A model generated the notes under the pieces. The model saw nothing but the letters and a program-made list of their open reading frames with translations, was not told the DNA's origin and did no database searches. This document shows positions 19,445 through 34,400 of a stretch of DNA of 60,000 bases, one piece after another. Numbering within the stretch: position 1 is the first letter of the stretch; each line of letters opens with the position of its first letter. The stretch lies in contig NW_024704742.1 in the NCBI RefSeq assembly GCF_018977255.1, positions 126,606,001 to 126,666,000 on the forward strand, in the 5' to 3' direction. The DNA is from Callorhinchus milii (Eukaryota). The position numbers and the translations under genes were made by a program.

Positions 19445-22400
19445 CTGAAAACATAACCATATTTCATCAATGCATTAATAATGGCTGAAATTCAAGAAGC
19501 AAAGATCTACCCAAGTCGGTACTACATCAAGAAGCAATTATTCTGTCTGACACACATTGCCCATCATCAGTCCACAAATGAGCCCTTTTCACGTCAGGAG
19601 GCTGTCTCACAGCGCTTGACAATACTGGATGAAAGCTGACTGAAAAGCGGTACTTCATTAGGTCATTTAAGAGAGACTTTGATGGATACTTGGAAGAATA
19701 AACCATTAGGATATGAGGAAAAGAGGAGTGGGATTAAATGACTCCAGTGGCAAGACAAGTATATCACAAGGACAATGGGCTGGATGGCAAACTGCTGTGA
19801 TATCCTAAAGATTTTATTTTTAAAAAGACCTACAAGTAGTTAATTACTAAATTATGAAACACTTATATTTTTGAACCAGTTACTGTGAACACACACTTGA
19901 TAAACCAAACGTAACTATATTTTGGTATTTTGACTATGAGCAAAAGTAATAAAAGTGGTGGGTTGCTCTCTTCATTCTTTATTCAACTAAATGTGTGATT
20001 AATGCAGAGGAAGCTGAGAATATGGAATTCACTGCCAGAAACTATGGCTGAAGCAAAAAACATCAATGTATTTAAGAGGAAACTTGATGCATACACAAGG
20101 GAAGAGAGAATATAGATAAGTAGAGAATATGAGGTGTGCAGGCCCATGGGGAATATAAACACAGCATGGACAAGTTAGGCAGAATGGCTTGTTTCTTTGC
20201 CATATCATTCTATGTAAGATCTGAATAAACATTTTCAGGCTATTCCCTTTATGTACAGTGCTATTTAGACATCAGCAGCTGCCACTACTGCTCTTGTCTA
20301 GCTGCCAGACAATATCAGTTTGTATCCTACGTTAACTCAGTGCCTATTTTTTCCCTACTATTGCAGTGAAACACCTGAGCTCAACTTGTGTGCCACAAAG
20401 ATGCAGCTGAGTTGAATAAATGTCCCACTATTCTGGCACTATGAACGGATACTCCAATGCCATCTTTCTATCCTCAAAATGGAGCTACTTTAGTGAAAAT
20501 GGTGCTGTGTTCAATACACTTTTACAGACCTCAGTGAAACGTTTCCTGAGATCTCCCAGAACAGTTTTGTTGAACCACAAAGCCATAAGCCAGATGTAGG
20601 GTTTCAGTGAGGCTCACAGGCAACTCAGCTTCAGTAGAAATTGTCCCAGATTATTTCTGCTGACAATTTGCTTACAGACATGTGCATGGCTACATGGTAT
20701 ACTCAGTTGAGTATACACATGTTTTTTGAGTGACAATATAATGACAGATTTGGTTATTAAACACACAATTCCCACAAGTTGTTTTCCGTGCATTTAAATA
20801 ATATAACTTGCAGCTCATATGTAAATGTCTGTCGGTTAAATAGTTGCAACTTTTTCGACGGTGTGGCTCACTGTTGTTCATGAGTCACACATGTGGGCCA
20901 GTACAAATCTGGGTTTGACAACGCTGAACACACTCTCAGACGCACTTCAGCAAGATTTACAAAGCTTACCGAGGATAAAGTTATATTGAGCAAGCTGTGC
21001 ATTTCGGATCTTCTTGTTCAATGTGCTTCCTTGGTCAAGGTCAACATCAGTCATCAGTCCTGAATCATGGAACTGCTGCCGAACCTATCAATTTGAAAGA
21101 AACTTCATTACTGCAAAGATTTCTGAATCAACAAATAATTGTGCCCAAATTCTGTATTAAATTGCATCTCTTCGGACACCTTTCTGCCCACATACCCAGC
21201 TTCTCTAGATCCCTCTGAATTTATGTACATACATGTGCAACTCCTGCTAAAGCGTAACCAGCACATATTTAACAGACTAATTTCCATATTTTTTTTTACC
21301 TTGGTCACAAGTCCACACACCAATCCCAAACCAAAGTGAACCAATATATTTGCTTCCATACACATAGACACAATACAAAAGCCAATCTAAACACCTTTAC
21401 ACCTTGTCTCCCTTGTGGAAAGTACCCAGTCTGTTCCCTCCTTCTCCAACGGCCATTTGTTTTTTTGGACTTCATTTGGAACTCGATCGCTGAAACATTG
21501 GACCCTGTAGTCCGTGGCTAAATATAATTTCGCTTGTAACTCTTAAAATTCTATTACAAATCTAAAGAATTTCATATAGCGTTTGATGTAGCAGCTTTCA
21601 CTTCAAGAGGATGCCTCACAGAGCTTCACAAGATTCACTGTAAAGTGTAGTAACTGTATTTTTGTTGGCTAATTCATCAGCCTAATTTGCGCACAACAAT
21701 ATCCCAAAAGCTGCCATGAAGTGAATGACCAATTTTATTCGGGGGATATGTCATGACACGCTTCTCTTTTCAAATAACGCTACGGGGTTTTTAATGTCCA
21801 CCTAGATAGGCAGACGGGACCTTGGTTTAACATTTCATCTGAAGGATGGCACCTCCCACATTGCAGTGCATTCCCAGCGCTGCCCTGGGGTGTCAGCCTG
21901 GACCTGTGAGTTCAAAGTCCCAATGTGGGGCTCAAACCACACAGCCTCTGACTCAAAAGTGATAGTGTTACCAACTAAGCCACATCATTGACACCTAAAC
22001 TTCACAACATAAATTATATATACATAAAAAAACTTCACCTTTTGTGCATAGTCTTCACACATGGGTCCCACAGGTACAACCATAACTTGACGGGGAGACA
22101 ACCAAAAAGGCCTGAAAAATAGAAATGACAACATATTTCAGATATTACAAATATCAATTCAATCAATGAGATCCAAGATTCAGCAGTTTTTGAATGTCAC
22201 AAACCTTCTGAATATTACTGAATTAGAAGTCTCTCTATAACCTGCACACAACAACTTTAAAAGGGTTAATGGTGCCATCAAAAGTTGTGTCAAGATGTAA
22301 ATCACTCAGGTCAAGTAATATCTGGAGGAATGAATACAGTTCTAGTGGCTGATATAGGGGGTTGTTCAATCCCAGATATAATGCAGAAGAGCAACGAGGT

Positions 22401-25400
22401 TCATACCCACTGTTGGGACAACTACATAAACTCAGTCTCCTCAGCCCTGAAAATAGAAGTCTTAGGAGACAATTTAGAATTAAGATATGATAAACCTGTG
22501 GCCCGCAGGCCGGAAGTGGCCTCACGAATATTTGCACGAGTCTATGTAAGTCCGTGTTCGATCAATAGTGTTTTCTTTTTTTTTGATTGATTATTTCTTG
22601 ATTTATAGCATAAATCAAGAAAATGTATTTTGTTGGGCCACCCTAACGGTTGGCCACCACTGTGGTAAACCCAAAACAATTATAGATCTGCAAGGCACTG
22701 TAAAATTATTTTTACCAATGCTATTCTACCAGGGTTCAAATCAACTCTTTAGCAATGATGCTCTCTCTCCCATCCAAGATTTATTGATGTCAGGTCAGGA
22801 ATTACATTAGTTAGAGAGCCCACATCGCTCTGTCACAAATTTATTACTTTTTCAAATGCAAAATTATTATTGAGACCTGTAATGGAAATTTAAGATGTAG
22901 AAATCTAATAATCCAACATAAAACAGAATCACCCCATAGTTTTCCTTAGAGCAAGACGTTGCAGATATTCTTTTTCACCTTCATTTAACTGAGTTTAAAT
23001 ATATATATATTATATACAATATATATTATATATATTATATATAATATATATTATATATATTATATATTATATATATTATATAATTATATACAACATAGGT
23101 ACAATATTTCCCATTTAATCTCACATAATAAATTGATATGTTAATCCGTACATTATTAAAACCGATAACAAATACAAAGAAAATGGAGCTCTTCATTACC
23201 ATTTGCCACCGTAGCTTTCAGTCAAAATAGCAATCATTCGCTCCACAGAACCCAGAATTGCACGGTGAATGATAACTGGTCTCTTCTTGTCATCACCATC
23301 ATGACTGCAATGAAGCAGAACCAGATTAGTAGTTCTTCTGAACTACAGAAGCAAATCCAGCTTTTAAGTAACATTATTTGCTCTCGACTCTAAAACAGTT
23401 GATTCTTTATATTAAAAACACTTGATCAGAGTTCTGCTCGAGTGCACAAGCTCCACAGTAGCATCTAGGGACAGGAATTCTTGTAATTACTGTTGGAAGC
23501 AATTGCATCATTCACAATAAGGTAATTGTTTGTTTCCCAGAGTGTCAAGCATCTAAGCAGTTATCCGCATTGTGATGCAAGCAAAATATCTCTATATCTT
23601 AAGTGTCATTGCTACCTAATCAGTTACCTCAGATGGACCTTGTGATTTTTGCATTTTTAATTGCAGAAGCTTAATAATTTACAGTAAATTCATCAACTGG
23701 TCCACTCAAAAATTAGCCCAATTTTCACTCTTAGAATAAAAAGTACTTACCTGACATAGGTCAGGTTAAATCTTAATGGCAACTGGAAATCCAGTTGTAT
23801 TGTAGCACACTGATGATCTCTCCCAATGGCATCTTTAATTTTGATGTCAATCTGCAAATAAAAACAGTAAAAATATAAAGCACCTCTTCCCAAAAATGAA
23901 TTATTTTTGTAATAGTGATACCCACTGAACTCAAACCCGTTTATATCGACATCCCATGGATGCCGACAAACATTTGAAGTCCCTGCCCCTCCCCGTATCG
24001 GAACACATTAAATTTACAGTGTATGTTGACGTCATTGACATAAATTTGGGCATGCTTTATAGCGACAAATTTTTCAAGTCTCTAACAGCATAAATGACAT
24101 TGTGTTCTTACTGCTTGTCGACAGACAGGTTGATTTAACCTTGCCTCCCTGCTCTGCCTGACGCTATGACATTCACAAGCGCTGAAATGCTGCACTTGAG
24201 CTTTGGGCCATGCGGCACATGAATAGTCCCACTGGAGTTCCAGAGCGTGGAGCGCAGTGTCCAAATCCCTGACTGTCCAGCGCCGTTGGACGTCCTCCCG
24301 ACGTGAAAGGCGCGATGCAAATGTATTGTTGTTGTGCAGACTACAACTCCCGGTGTGCACCTCGGCTGCCAGTGACTAACCTGCACTTGGTTCATTGTTT
24401 TTTTGTTGAAACCTGCTTATGTCGACAAAATCTGCGATGTGGACATAAACGGGTTAGAGCGTATTACAATTTGTAATTACCTTCGGGCCATAAAAAGCTC
24501 CATCACCAGGGTTCAGGGTCCACCTTTCACCAAACTCAATGAGGCTGGTTTCAAGTTGCTGCAAGGATAGATCGTAAAATAATAATTAAAGGGGCTAAAA
24601 ATGCATCGCAAACATTTAAGTATTATCAGAATGTACAAAGTAGGATTACTAACCTTCTCAGCCTGGTTCCACACCTCAATGTCACCAAGGTACTTCTCTG
24701 GGCGTGTGGAAAGCTCGAGTTTGAATGTGAATCCAAAAACTTCATAAACAGCACGTAGAAAGTCCAGACAGCCTTTTATTTCTGCTTCAATCTTTTGTTT
24801 AAAAAAAGTAAAATGAAACAATTTCTCATGATTAAGAATGTAGTGATGAATGTAGGTTATGAATGCATTTTGCTCACAAAAAAAGTCTGTTCATTTTACA
24901 ATATATTCTGTGGAAGACTCCGAGATGTCTCATCGAAGCAATAAGCTTTACAATAATAAGTAAATACAAAAATTATTATTGTAGTCATGAGATCCCACAT
25001 GTACAGATCTACGTTAATATACAATACTTTTTAAATATCCAAAGCCTCCTTTTTATAAGTGAACCACCTAAAACATACAAAACAAGAACTATTTCAAGAG
25101 CACTAGAATAATGTGAAAGGGAAAAAGTACCAGCAAACGATCCTATTTATGCAAAGTGCTAACATTTCCTGCAATTCCATTGCATTAGTACAAGTGATAT
25201 CTTTTATGCAGTTTAATTTCCTTTTTCTCACAGAAAAATACCACTTCACACTCATATCAGAAGAGAGGTTTGGATGAAGAAGGCCAAACCGTGCACTCAT
25301 TTGATCTCAACCTTCCACAATACCTTAGGAATTAGCTGCTCAATTTTCCCATGCTTTTCTTTTAATCTCCCATTTGTCTCGCTGTGCTAATAATGGCAGA

Positions 25401-28400
25401 TGAAAGGGCCAAGTGCAGGACCTACTCCAAAGTTGTTCACAATGCCCATGCAAGTGACTAGCAGAAGCCATCAATTATCCCATGTGACTATCACAATCAC
25501 AAACCTGCTCCATGGTGCAGAAAATATGGGCATCATCCTGCTGGAACCTGCGAACTCTAGTCAGGCCTGTCAGTGCTCCAGACAGCTCATTACGGTGGAG
25601 CACTCCAAAGTCAGCAAAGCGTAACGGTAACTCTCGCCAAGATCGAGGCCGATGGTCAAACATAAGGCTAAAACACAGAGAAGGGAAAAAAAATCCTACA
25701 TTTAAAAACGTTCAATTAAAATAACGAAGAAATAATTATCCTTGCATTTGATTTAGAGTGTTATCACGTCTTCAAGACGTCTCAAGTTAATATGAAGTTA
25801 ATATATGAAAATAATTTCATTTGTAGAAATATTAATTTCATGTACTTCATTTGTTGTACTGAATAACAATCCTTGAACTGTAAAATGTAGTGACTGTATT
25901 TTGTGGGCATTATGCACCAGCATATTTTATAAATCTGTGCAACTCATATAAATTCTACAGCACTCAAACAAGTGATTCACATATAATTTTTGTTGAGTGC
26001 AATTTAACGTCAAGTGTATTCCTCGGCAAGCACAATTGCTAATGTCCTGCAACTGCAAGGTCCTACAACAACAACTTTCATTTATATAGCAGCCTTCATG
26101 TGGGTTAGCATCCCGGAGTGCTTGACAATGCCGGAGTCTGACCCTGAGCCAGCAGAAGAAGGTGTCTGTAAGCATGATCTTAAAAGGTCTTTAGGTAGGA
26201 TTAGAAAATGAGGAGGGAGGGGCAAGACAGAGGGATTGACGGAGGTATTTCCAGAGTTTCGGGGCGTAGTGACTGAAAGCATGCCCGGTAGAGCGAAGGG
26301 GGCAAGGGACGGAACCGGCTGAGCGGAGGCAGTCGGTGGTGGAGTGGGGGTGGATAATCAAGTCGGATAGGTAGGGAGGTGCGAGGGCAAGAAGGCATTT
26401 GAAAACAAAATCCATTCATACAAAAAGCCATGAAGGGAAAAAATACAAACATGACGTATACAAACATGTTACAAACAAATTAAGTGCTCTTTTTCAGGAT
26501 AGAGTGAAGAGATTGCCACATTTCCCGCATCATGAAAATACATGATTACAAAGGGTTTTGATGCATACAAGAGAAACTTAAATCATGGAGACTTCAGTCC
26601 TAAAGTCTGGGCTAGGGAGGGAAAGTGCATCAAGAAGGGGCATTAAATAAGAAGTATCTCCATACAATCCAGTCCACCATAAAATTAAGCCGAAAGGATG
26701 ATTGTGAAATTTCAACAATTCAAATTAGTACTTACCAGTGTCCTGGGCAATTCATAGGCTTTAGGGCAAAGATTTCCTTCTCCACTTCAAAAGAGAACAT
26801 GTTCTCACTGTAGTGCTGCCAGTGTCCTGAGGTTTGCCAGAGTTTGCTGTTGTAGATATTGGGACTTACCACCTCTGTGAAACCCCTCTTCCTGTACTCA
26901 CTCTGCAACAGGACAAAAATTCATAGCAATGACAACTGACTTGAGAGGTTTCAACACACAAAAGGTCTTCAGTGCTCTGGTCTGATACAAACATAGGAAC
27001 AAAATCAGATCATATGGCCCAGTGTGCAGGTTCTCAATAGTAAAATCATCCTTCCATTTGATAAGCCCCTTTCATGTCAGAAGAACATTTCAAAGTGCTT
27101 GTGGCTTTGAGAGATTGTGGCTTCTCTTTATATTTGAAACCTATTCTTTGGCTCTTTGTAATGTTTAATATCTTTACTTCCTATGTAAATCTCTCTATTA
27201 AATGTTTCAGTCAATTTTAAATTTATGGCCTTGTAGGAGAATGCATTTCATATTCCTACAACGTGAGTGAAGACATTTTTTAAAAAAAACTTTTAAACAG
27301 TTTAGCTCTAATTTTAAGATTATAATTCCATGTACAAATTCATATCATTCCCAAGTCTGCAGCAGAGACACTTATTGGAAATCAGGCACTTCCCAAAAGA
27401 CAGAAAAATACACCCTAAGCATCTCTTGCTGATACAACAGCTAATCTGTAGCAGTACTGACCACAGGGTAGGAGCAAGTAACCTGTCTGATTCTAAAACT
27501 GGGAGCGTAGTACTGGAAGTACTAGAAACAGAAAAAAATACACAACCAAGCAAGACCTGTATAATTCTTACAACGCTGTCACTGATAGTCAGCCGTGATA
27601 ATGGAATAATCTACCTCTTATTCCCTCCACGTCACACTCAATTGAGATTGATGATTAAAGCAATGGAGAGTGAAATTAGAAACTTTTTTCATGCAGGGTT
27701 GTGGAAACGTGGAATTCATTACCCCCAAAGATTGTAGATGAGGGTCATTTGATTAAGAGGGATAAATATTTGCAGAGATAGAGGGATATCACGAAAAGAT
27801 GGGAAAATATTAATATTAAAGTGGTGAAACAAGCTTGAAGAGCTGAATGGTCTACTCCAATTTCTATCTTCTTTTGTTCTCATAAAAAAAACTATTTCAA
27901 TATCTCAAGAGCATTGGCTGAACAAGATTCTTCCACTTTCTTCTTATGGCTATTCCGCATTGAGCAAACTCTGCACAAGTTCCTTTCTTCTAATGTCACA
28001 GCTGCATGAAGCACAACAAAACTTAATGCCTGATCAAAAGAAATATTTTTTGAAAAGTGCTTAATTTTTCCAGCTTCTCATCTTTTCCTAGACTAAAATA
28101 TTTCAGTCTCTACAACTAGGCCAGAAATGACCTTGTCCAGATATTTTAAATTATTTATGAATTCGGCAATAGCATTCGGCTGCAAAATGACACGCTCACT
28201 GCACTTCATTGTAAATCCTATGAAGCACTCTGAAATGTTCTTCTGACATGAAAAGGGGCTTATCAAATGCAAGGATGATTTCCACTATTGAGAAGCTGAA
28301 CATACTATTCAATGCTGTGTGCTGTCCACTGGATGGCAGTATAATAAAATAAATATATCCAATCAAGCCCAGAACTCTCTAGTTACAAATTAATACGGCC

Positions 28401-31400
28401 TTTATCTTTAGAAACCACAACAGTAACTTGCATTTATATAGCGCCCTTCACGCAGGGTAGCGTCCCAGAGAAAAAAGTACCATTATAGTGGAGACACCTG
28501 CTGAATAATTCAGGATCTATTATACTACTTTGAAATATTGCCCTTTTTTTCTAACATTTAAACTGAAAATAAAGTGAAGAATTTGAATTATTCAACATTA
28601 AGAAATATTTTGCGCAGTGCCCTTCCAGAATTTTTAGAAAGCCTGAACTTACAGAATGCTGAGCTTTAGCTCCAAATGACAAAAATATTTAATCAGCCGA
28701 ACAATTACATCAGGCAAACAATTCTATTGTGATTCATACGTCAAACGAATAACACATACCTTAATGAAGTCAATGAGTGCATTGTAGATGTAAGCTCCCT
28801 TGGGCATAAAGAAACAGCTTCCTGGGCTGAGCTCATGGAAGAAAAACAAGTCTTGTTCCTACAAAACAAAATTCAAAATGGAAACATTTCAAACATGAAA
28901 ATATACATTTTTTAAAAAGCATCAGGTTTAATTTCTGGTTCGCTAGAGCAGTGGCAGGTTAATACATTTAACCTTCCACCCATAAAATGGGAAGAAGAAA
29001 ATCTCAGGAGTTTTCCTGTGCCTAAACCACAAACTATTCCAATGTATCATCATGCACTGCTGCCTTGAGAAAAGGAGTAAGTGAAAATAGGGGGGAAAAA
29101 TTGAGAGGATAAATTAGTGGATGGAAAAAGAATGTTAAATTTGCAAAGGGTAATGTAATTATCTCTCCAATCCTCATAAAGGTTGATCCTGTTACAACAT
29201 ACTGCTTTGAACCAATAAATGTAGCTGCTAAAACTGCCAATAGTAGCTGTTTTCGTAAACGCATGGTATTTTTCTGGCATTTATGAATATGAAAATTCTG
29301 CTCTGAAAAGTATATTCCCAACTGCTCAACCATGATGTGATATAGATGTACTCGAAAATACAATTACAGTTATGGTCTTTTTGGTATCAAAAAACATTGC
29401 CAATAACTTTCAAAGCCAAAAAATATTAAGAATTTTCAAGTTAAAGTAACAGCATCTCAATCACAAAATGTTTGGACTTTCATACCCATTTTAGGTTTTA
29501 GTTAGATGATTTACAGCAACCAGTTTAAGCCTTACGCCATAAACATTAGTTGCCAACATCAAGCAACAAGGTCAATATTAATATATGTAAACTGACCTTT
29601 CCCAGTTTTCTATGATCTCGGTTTTTGGCTTCTTCCTGGAACTTCTCCCATTCTTTCAACATTTTTCCATCTGGAAAAGAAATTCCATAAATCCTCTGAA
29701 GTGTCTCCATATCGGCCTTTCCTTCCCAATAAGTTGAGGAATTCTATGAACATCAAAGGATTTTAGGAGATCAGAACAAAACGTTCATACATGAAACACA
29801 ATTAGCATGTTATTTCAAGAACACAAAATATAATTACTATTATTAATATTGGTAAATATTATTTTGATTAAAAAATAAATTTAATTATTGTCATTTTATT
29901 GGTATTTTCCAACAAGAGGCACAAAGAAAACCTTAGGATGAAACTGATTTCTGGTAAACAGGACCATCACCAGTTGAAACGCTTACTTTGTGAATCTTCA
30001 AGGCCTTTATTTTACCAGTGTGTCTGACATGAGGTCCTCGGCACAAGTCAATTAGTGGTCCACACCTGAAATAGAACAATAAAGAAAACCAGTGTTCAAT
30101 GCCAATTACTGAATGTGCTCTTGAAAAAGTTGTAAACGGTTCACCATTGGAGGTAAAATATTTGAGACAGGAGGTCAGGACAATGTCCTCAGTTGATCAA
30201 CTATGTACTTATACTGGTCATAAAGTGGGAGTATATTGGGTCTAGTATTTTTAACATCACCACTTCTTTCACCAGATTAAAGGCGCTAAACCAAATATAA
30301 GGATTATTATTAATTTGTGCATACTGCAACCCATTTTATTTCTCACATTAATATTGAAGATTATTCTGTACACTTGTAGACCCTTATACTGTCCTATTTA
30401 AACAAACCCATAAGCCTGTTTCTTCCAAAAGTGGAACCTTTGTGATATATATTATTCAGTTTCAAATTGGATGTCAGCGTTCCAAATTAGGTAAACAGAA
30501 AATGTTATGTTCTTCAGATAAATCCTCTAAAGTTACAGAAGCTCTGGTACTTACCTGTACACTGTGGTAGTTGCAGTCTTCACCTTCTCATTTAGAATCC
30601 TGCATTTGAATTTATTATACTAAAAATGAAAAACAAAAACAAAAGTGAATACTGTAATGATTACTAACCAACATAAAAGTATTGCAATGGACATAACAGA
30701 AAGCAATTCATAATCACTCATTACATTCTTGTAAAAGATAGAAAAAGATCAGCTAATTCTCACATAAATTTATCAACATTAATTAACAAAATATAGGATT
30801 AGCGCCAAAAAAGCATAGATCAAAAATGAAGCAAAGTAAATGTCAATCATTATTAGTGCTTTGTGTCCCACTATGACTCTTTCTCAACTTATTTTCCACT
30901 TTGATCTTGAGCACCGCATTGTTGGAGGGTTGTCTTGGGAGTGCTTTTCAAAAGCTCTGAATCAGGATGTGGGCAATTTTCCAGCATTTATTATACAATT
31001 TATAGCCCCTTTCCTGTCAAAAATACACCTCAAAGTGCTCGACACACCTAGCTGGATACCCAAGCTGGGTGAATAGAGAAAGATATAGTGGCCATATAAT
31101 TGCCATGAATTTCTGAAGGGACTGGTCATATTATTGTAGCCCAAGGCCATGAACAATGCATCTTTGATAAGCATTAGTCACTGCCCTGTCGGCTCAGTAC
31201 ATTCGTGCAGAATGTTGGGAGAAGAAGGTCTAATAATATTTAAAGGTAAGATGGTTTCAACACAGATCTTTCAATACTAGTCTTGTTGACCTTCTTGTTG
31301 CCAGTTCAAGTTTGTTCGCTTGGCTCATTCTAATCCAAGGACTGGTATATAATGGAAATATGAGATGTAAAAAAATAAAACTTTTGGTTCACCTTAAACA

Positions 31401-34400
31401 TCTCAAGCAGCGTCTCTTTTGTGATTTCAAGTCTCTCAAATGGTTGTTTGTCCTTCATAACCCGCTTGCACAGGGTTTCTAGAGCTTGAAAATCATTGCT
31501 GGACACACCTCTGGTGCAAACAAGAAGTTTAAAATGATTAAACGCCAGATACCTTTCAAGAAAATTGTAAAGGATAAAAATCGATGCACACTGAAAATAG
31601 TAGATTCATAAAATAACATACTCCTCTTCCAGGTACATGTCATAATAAAACCCATTCTCAATTGGCGGTCCATAGCAGAGACACCCTCCATAGATTCGCT
31701 CCATAGCCTCTCCCAAGATATGGGCACTCGAATGCCAATACACCTGGCACATAGAAAACAAGTTCAGCTAATCTTTTCTTCAAGCAGATACTGCACATAC
31801 AAGGCAATCCATCAAGAGCAAAGACAAAGATCTAGCTCAATTCAAAATCAGTTTACTACAAGTCTGGGGCAGATCAGATCACATGCTCCACAATCCGCTT
31901 AATTTAACCCAGTTCAATCTGACTAGAAATTATAATTGATCAATTTTGCCCTAATAATAATAATCCTGGCATTTGATATAGCACTTTTCACATCTTCTAG
32001 TCTAATGAATAATTAACAGCAATAACAGTTACATAAACCCTGTGAAAATAATCATGAACAGGGGGAATCATGCATGCTTTTATTTATGTAACAATCACAC
32101 TATTGTGCTGAGTTATAGTTCATGAGTTATAGTCCTCACCATATGTGACCTATCATACCCAACAGCACATAGTGAATATCAGCAGGATTCCAGGTACACT
32201 GACGTTCAGCACAGTTAAGTCCAGCCCTGTTCTCTCCTGAAGTTCACATACATGCACTTTCCAACAGAGATCAGCAATGGAAACCCTGGGAGATTTCTCC
32301 AGTCCCTAATCTAAGGGATTCAAAGCTAATTAATGTGCTCAGAATACTGCTCCAGCTGAGATCAGCAAAATGCAGAGTCCAGAAATCAAACCTGCAATCT
32401 TCTTGTCTGTTCAGCTCAAGGCTGAAAGAGGTGGTGCATATGCCCACGAGGCCATCTGAGAAGGTCATGTACCTTAAAGGTTTTTTTCTAATAATTGCAC
32501 TGTTATCAAATTATATAAAACAAACTATTCAGGAATATTAAGATAAATGCAGTATTTACTCACTGCGCATTTTAAGTGCAAATGTTGCAAAAATGCTTTA
32601 AAAATTTATATGTATATTCAAATGTTAGGCACCATATTACACCAAATGAGTATGTTGATTTACAAACCTAGTCAACAACAACAACTTGCATTTATATAGC
32701 ACCCTTCACATGGGGAAGTGTCCCGGAGCGCTTGTATTCAGTTGTAAACAGTTCAACATCGTTGACCACTCTATCCTCGTCTCACCTTGTCCTTGAATGG
32801 TTCAGATCCTACCTCTCACACCATCTCCATTTCACCTACGCAAATGGTTTCTCCTCTAGCCCTCGCACCATCTTGTGCAGTTCCTCAGGCCACCAAAACC
32901 CTCGTACGCACATGTATACCATCCTTGCTCGTCGGCCTCCCCAACTCCTCCCTCCATAGGTTGCAGATCATCCAGAACTCTGCAGCACGTGTCCTTCCCC
33001 ACACTAGGCTCCCTATCAACCCCATTCCACTGGCTTCCCATCACACAGAGGATACAGTTCAAGATCCTGGTCCTCACCTTCAAAGCCCTCCATGGTCTTG
33101 CTCCCTCCTACCTCTGCGACCTTCTAACCCCCTACCAATCTGCCCATTCCTACCGCTTCGGCCTGCTTCACGTCCCCCACCATTGGCGGGGAGGCCTTCA
33201 GCCACTCTGCCACCATCCTCTATCCCGCAGTCGCTCCATCTCACCCCTCCCTTGCCTCCTTCAAGATCTGTCTCAAGACCCTCCTCTTCGTCCAGGCCTT
33301 CGATCACCCTCCTTCCCCCACCTGACCTCCACCCTCCCCAATCCCGACCCCCAGCTCGGGTCCGAAACACTGATTGTCCAGCGCCTTGGGACGTCTTCCG
33401 ATGTGAAAGGCCCTATACAAATGTAATTTTGTTGTTGTTGTAAACTACAAAGGTAAAAATACTAAAATACAAATATTAATTGTAAATATTATAAATATTA
33501 CTTACAGTCTTAGCCTCTTCATCATCAAACTTGAGCAGTGCTAGAATGCAGTCATCTTCCAATGGACGGTCCAGATCCCAAACCACCCCATTCACCTTAG
33601 CAACAACCGTGTTGTCAGCCAAACCTTGACTGATTTAATATATAAACACAAACTTAATAAAATGTCATGCATTAGAACAGAACATTCTTTACACAGCTAT
33701 ATATCCTAAAATTAAAACTTGTATTTTTGAAGAAGGAATATTTTTGTATTAAGATATACACATTTTAAAGAAAACACGATCACCTTGTTCAAAAACACAA
33801 TAACCATAGAATCATACAGCACAGAAGTAGGCCATTCGGCCAATTGTGTGCCCACTGTTTAAAAAGAGCTATCCAATTGAATCCCACTCCGCTGCGCTCT
33901 CCTCATAGCTCTGCAAACTTGTCCTCCCCAAATAATTATCTACTTCTCTCTTAAAAGCTATTATTGAATCAGGTTCCACCACCCTTTCAGGCACAGATAC
34001 AAACAACTCGCTGTGCAAAAAATGTTTTCCTCACCTCCCCTCTGTTTCTTTTAACAACTATTTCAAATCAGTGTCCTCGGGTTACCGACCCACCCGCCAG
34101 TGGAAATAGTTTCTCCTTGTTCACCCTATCGAATCCCCTCATAGTTTGGAAAACTTCTAATGAGTCTCCTCTTAACCTTCTCTGCTCCAAGGAGAATAAT
34201 CCCAGCTTCTCCAGCCTCTTCTGATAACTGAAGTCCCTCATTCCTGGTACCATCCTGGTAAATCTTTGCACCCTCTCCAATGCTTTGACATCCTTCCTAA
34301 AGTGTGGTCCCCAGAACTGGACAGAGTACTCTAGCTGAGGCGTCCCCGGTGTTTTTAGAAAGGTTCATCACGACAATTTGCATTTACATAGAGCCCTCCA

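Noticed and set aside
21395..21517. 123 bp in-frame phase 0/0 segment ([16 protein letters not shown]...) in TARS1 intron 17 that could be a cassette exon
   Set aside because: Poor pyrimidine tract, weak GTGTTT donor, no ThrRS similarity, and it would interrupt the anticodon-binding domain
22485..22662. hAT/Charlie-like end GGTTGGCCACCACTG
   Set aside because: The matching left TIR and 8 bp TSD could not be identified
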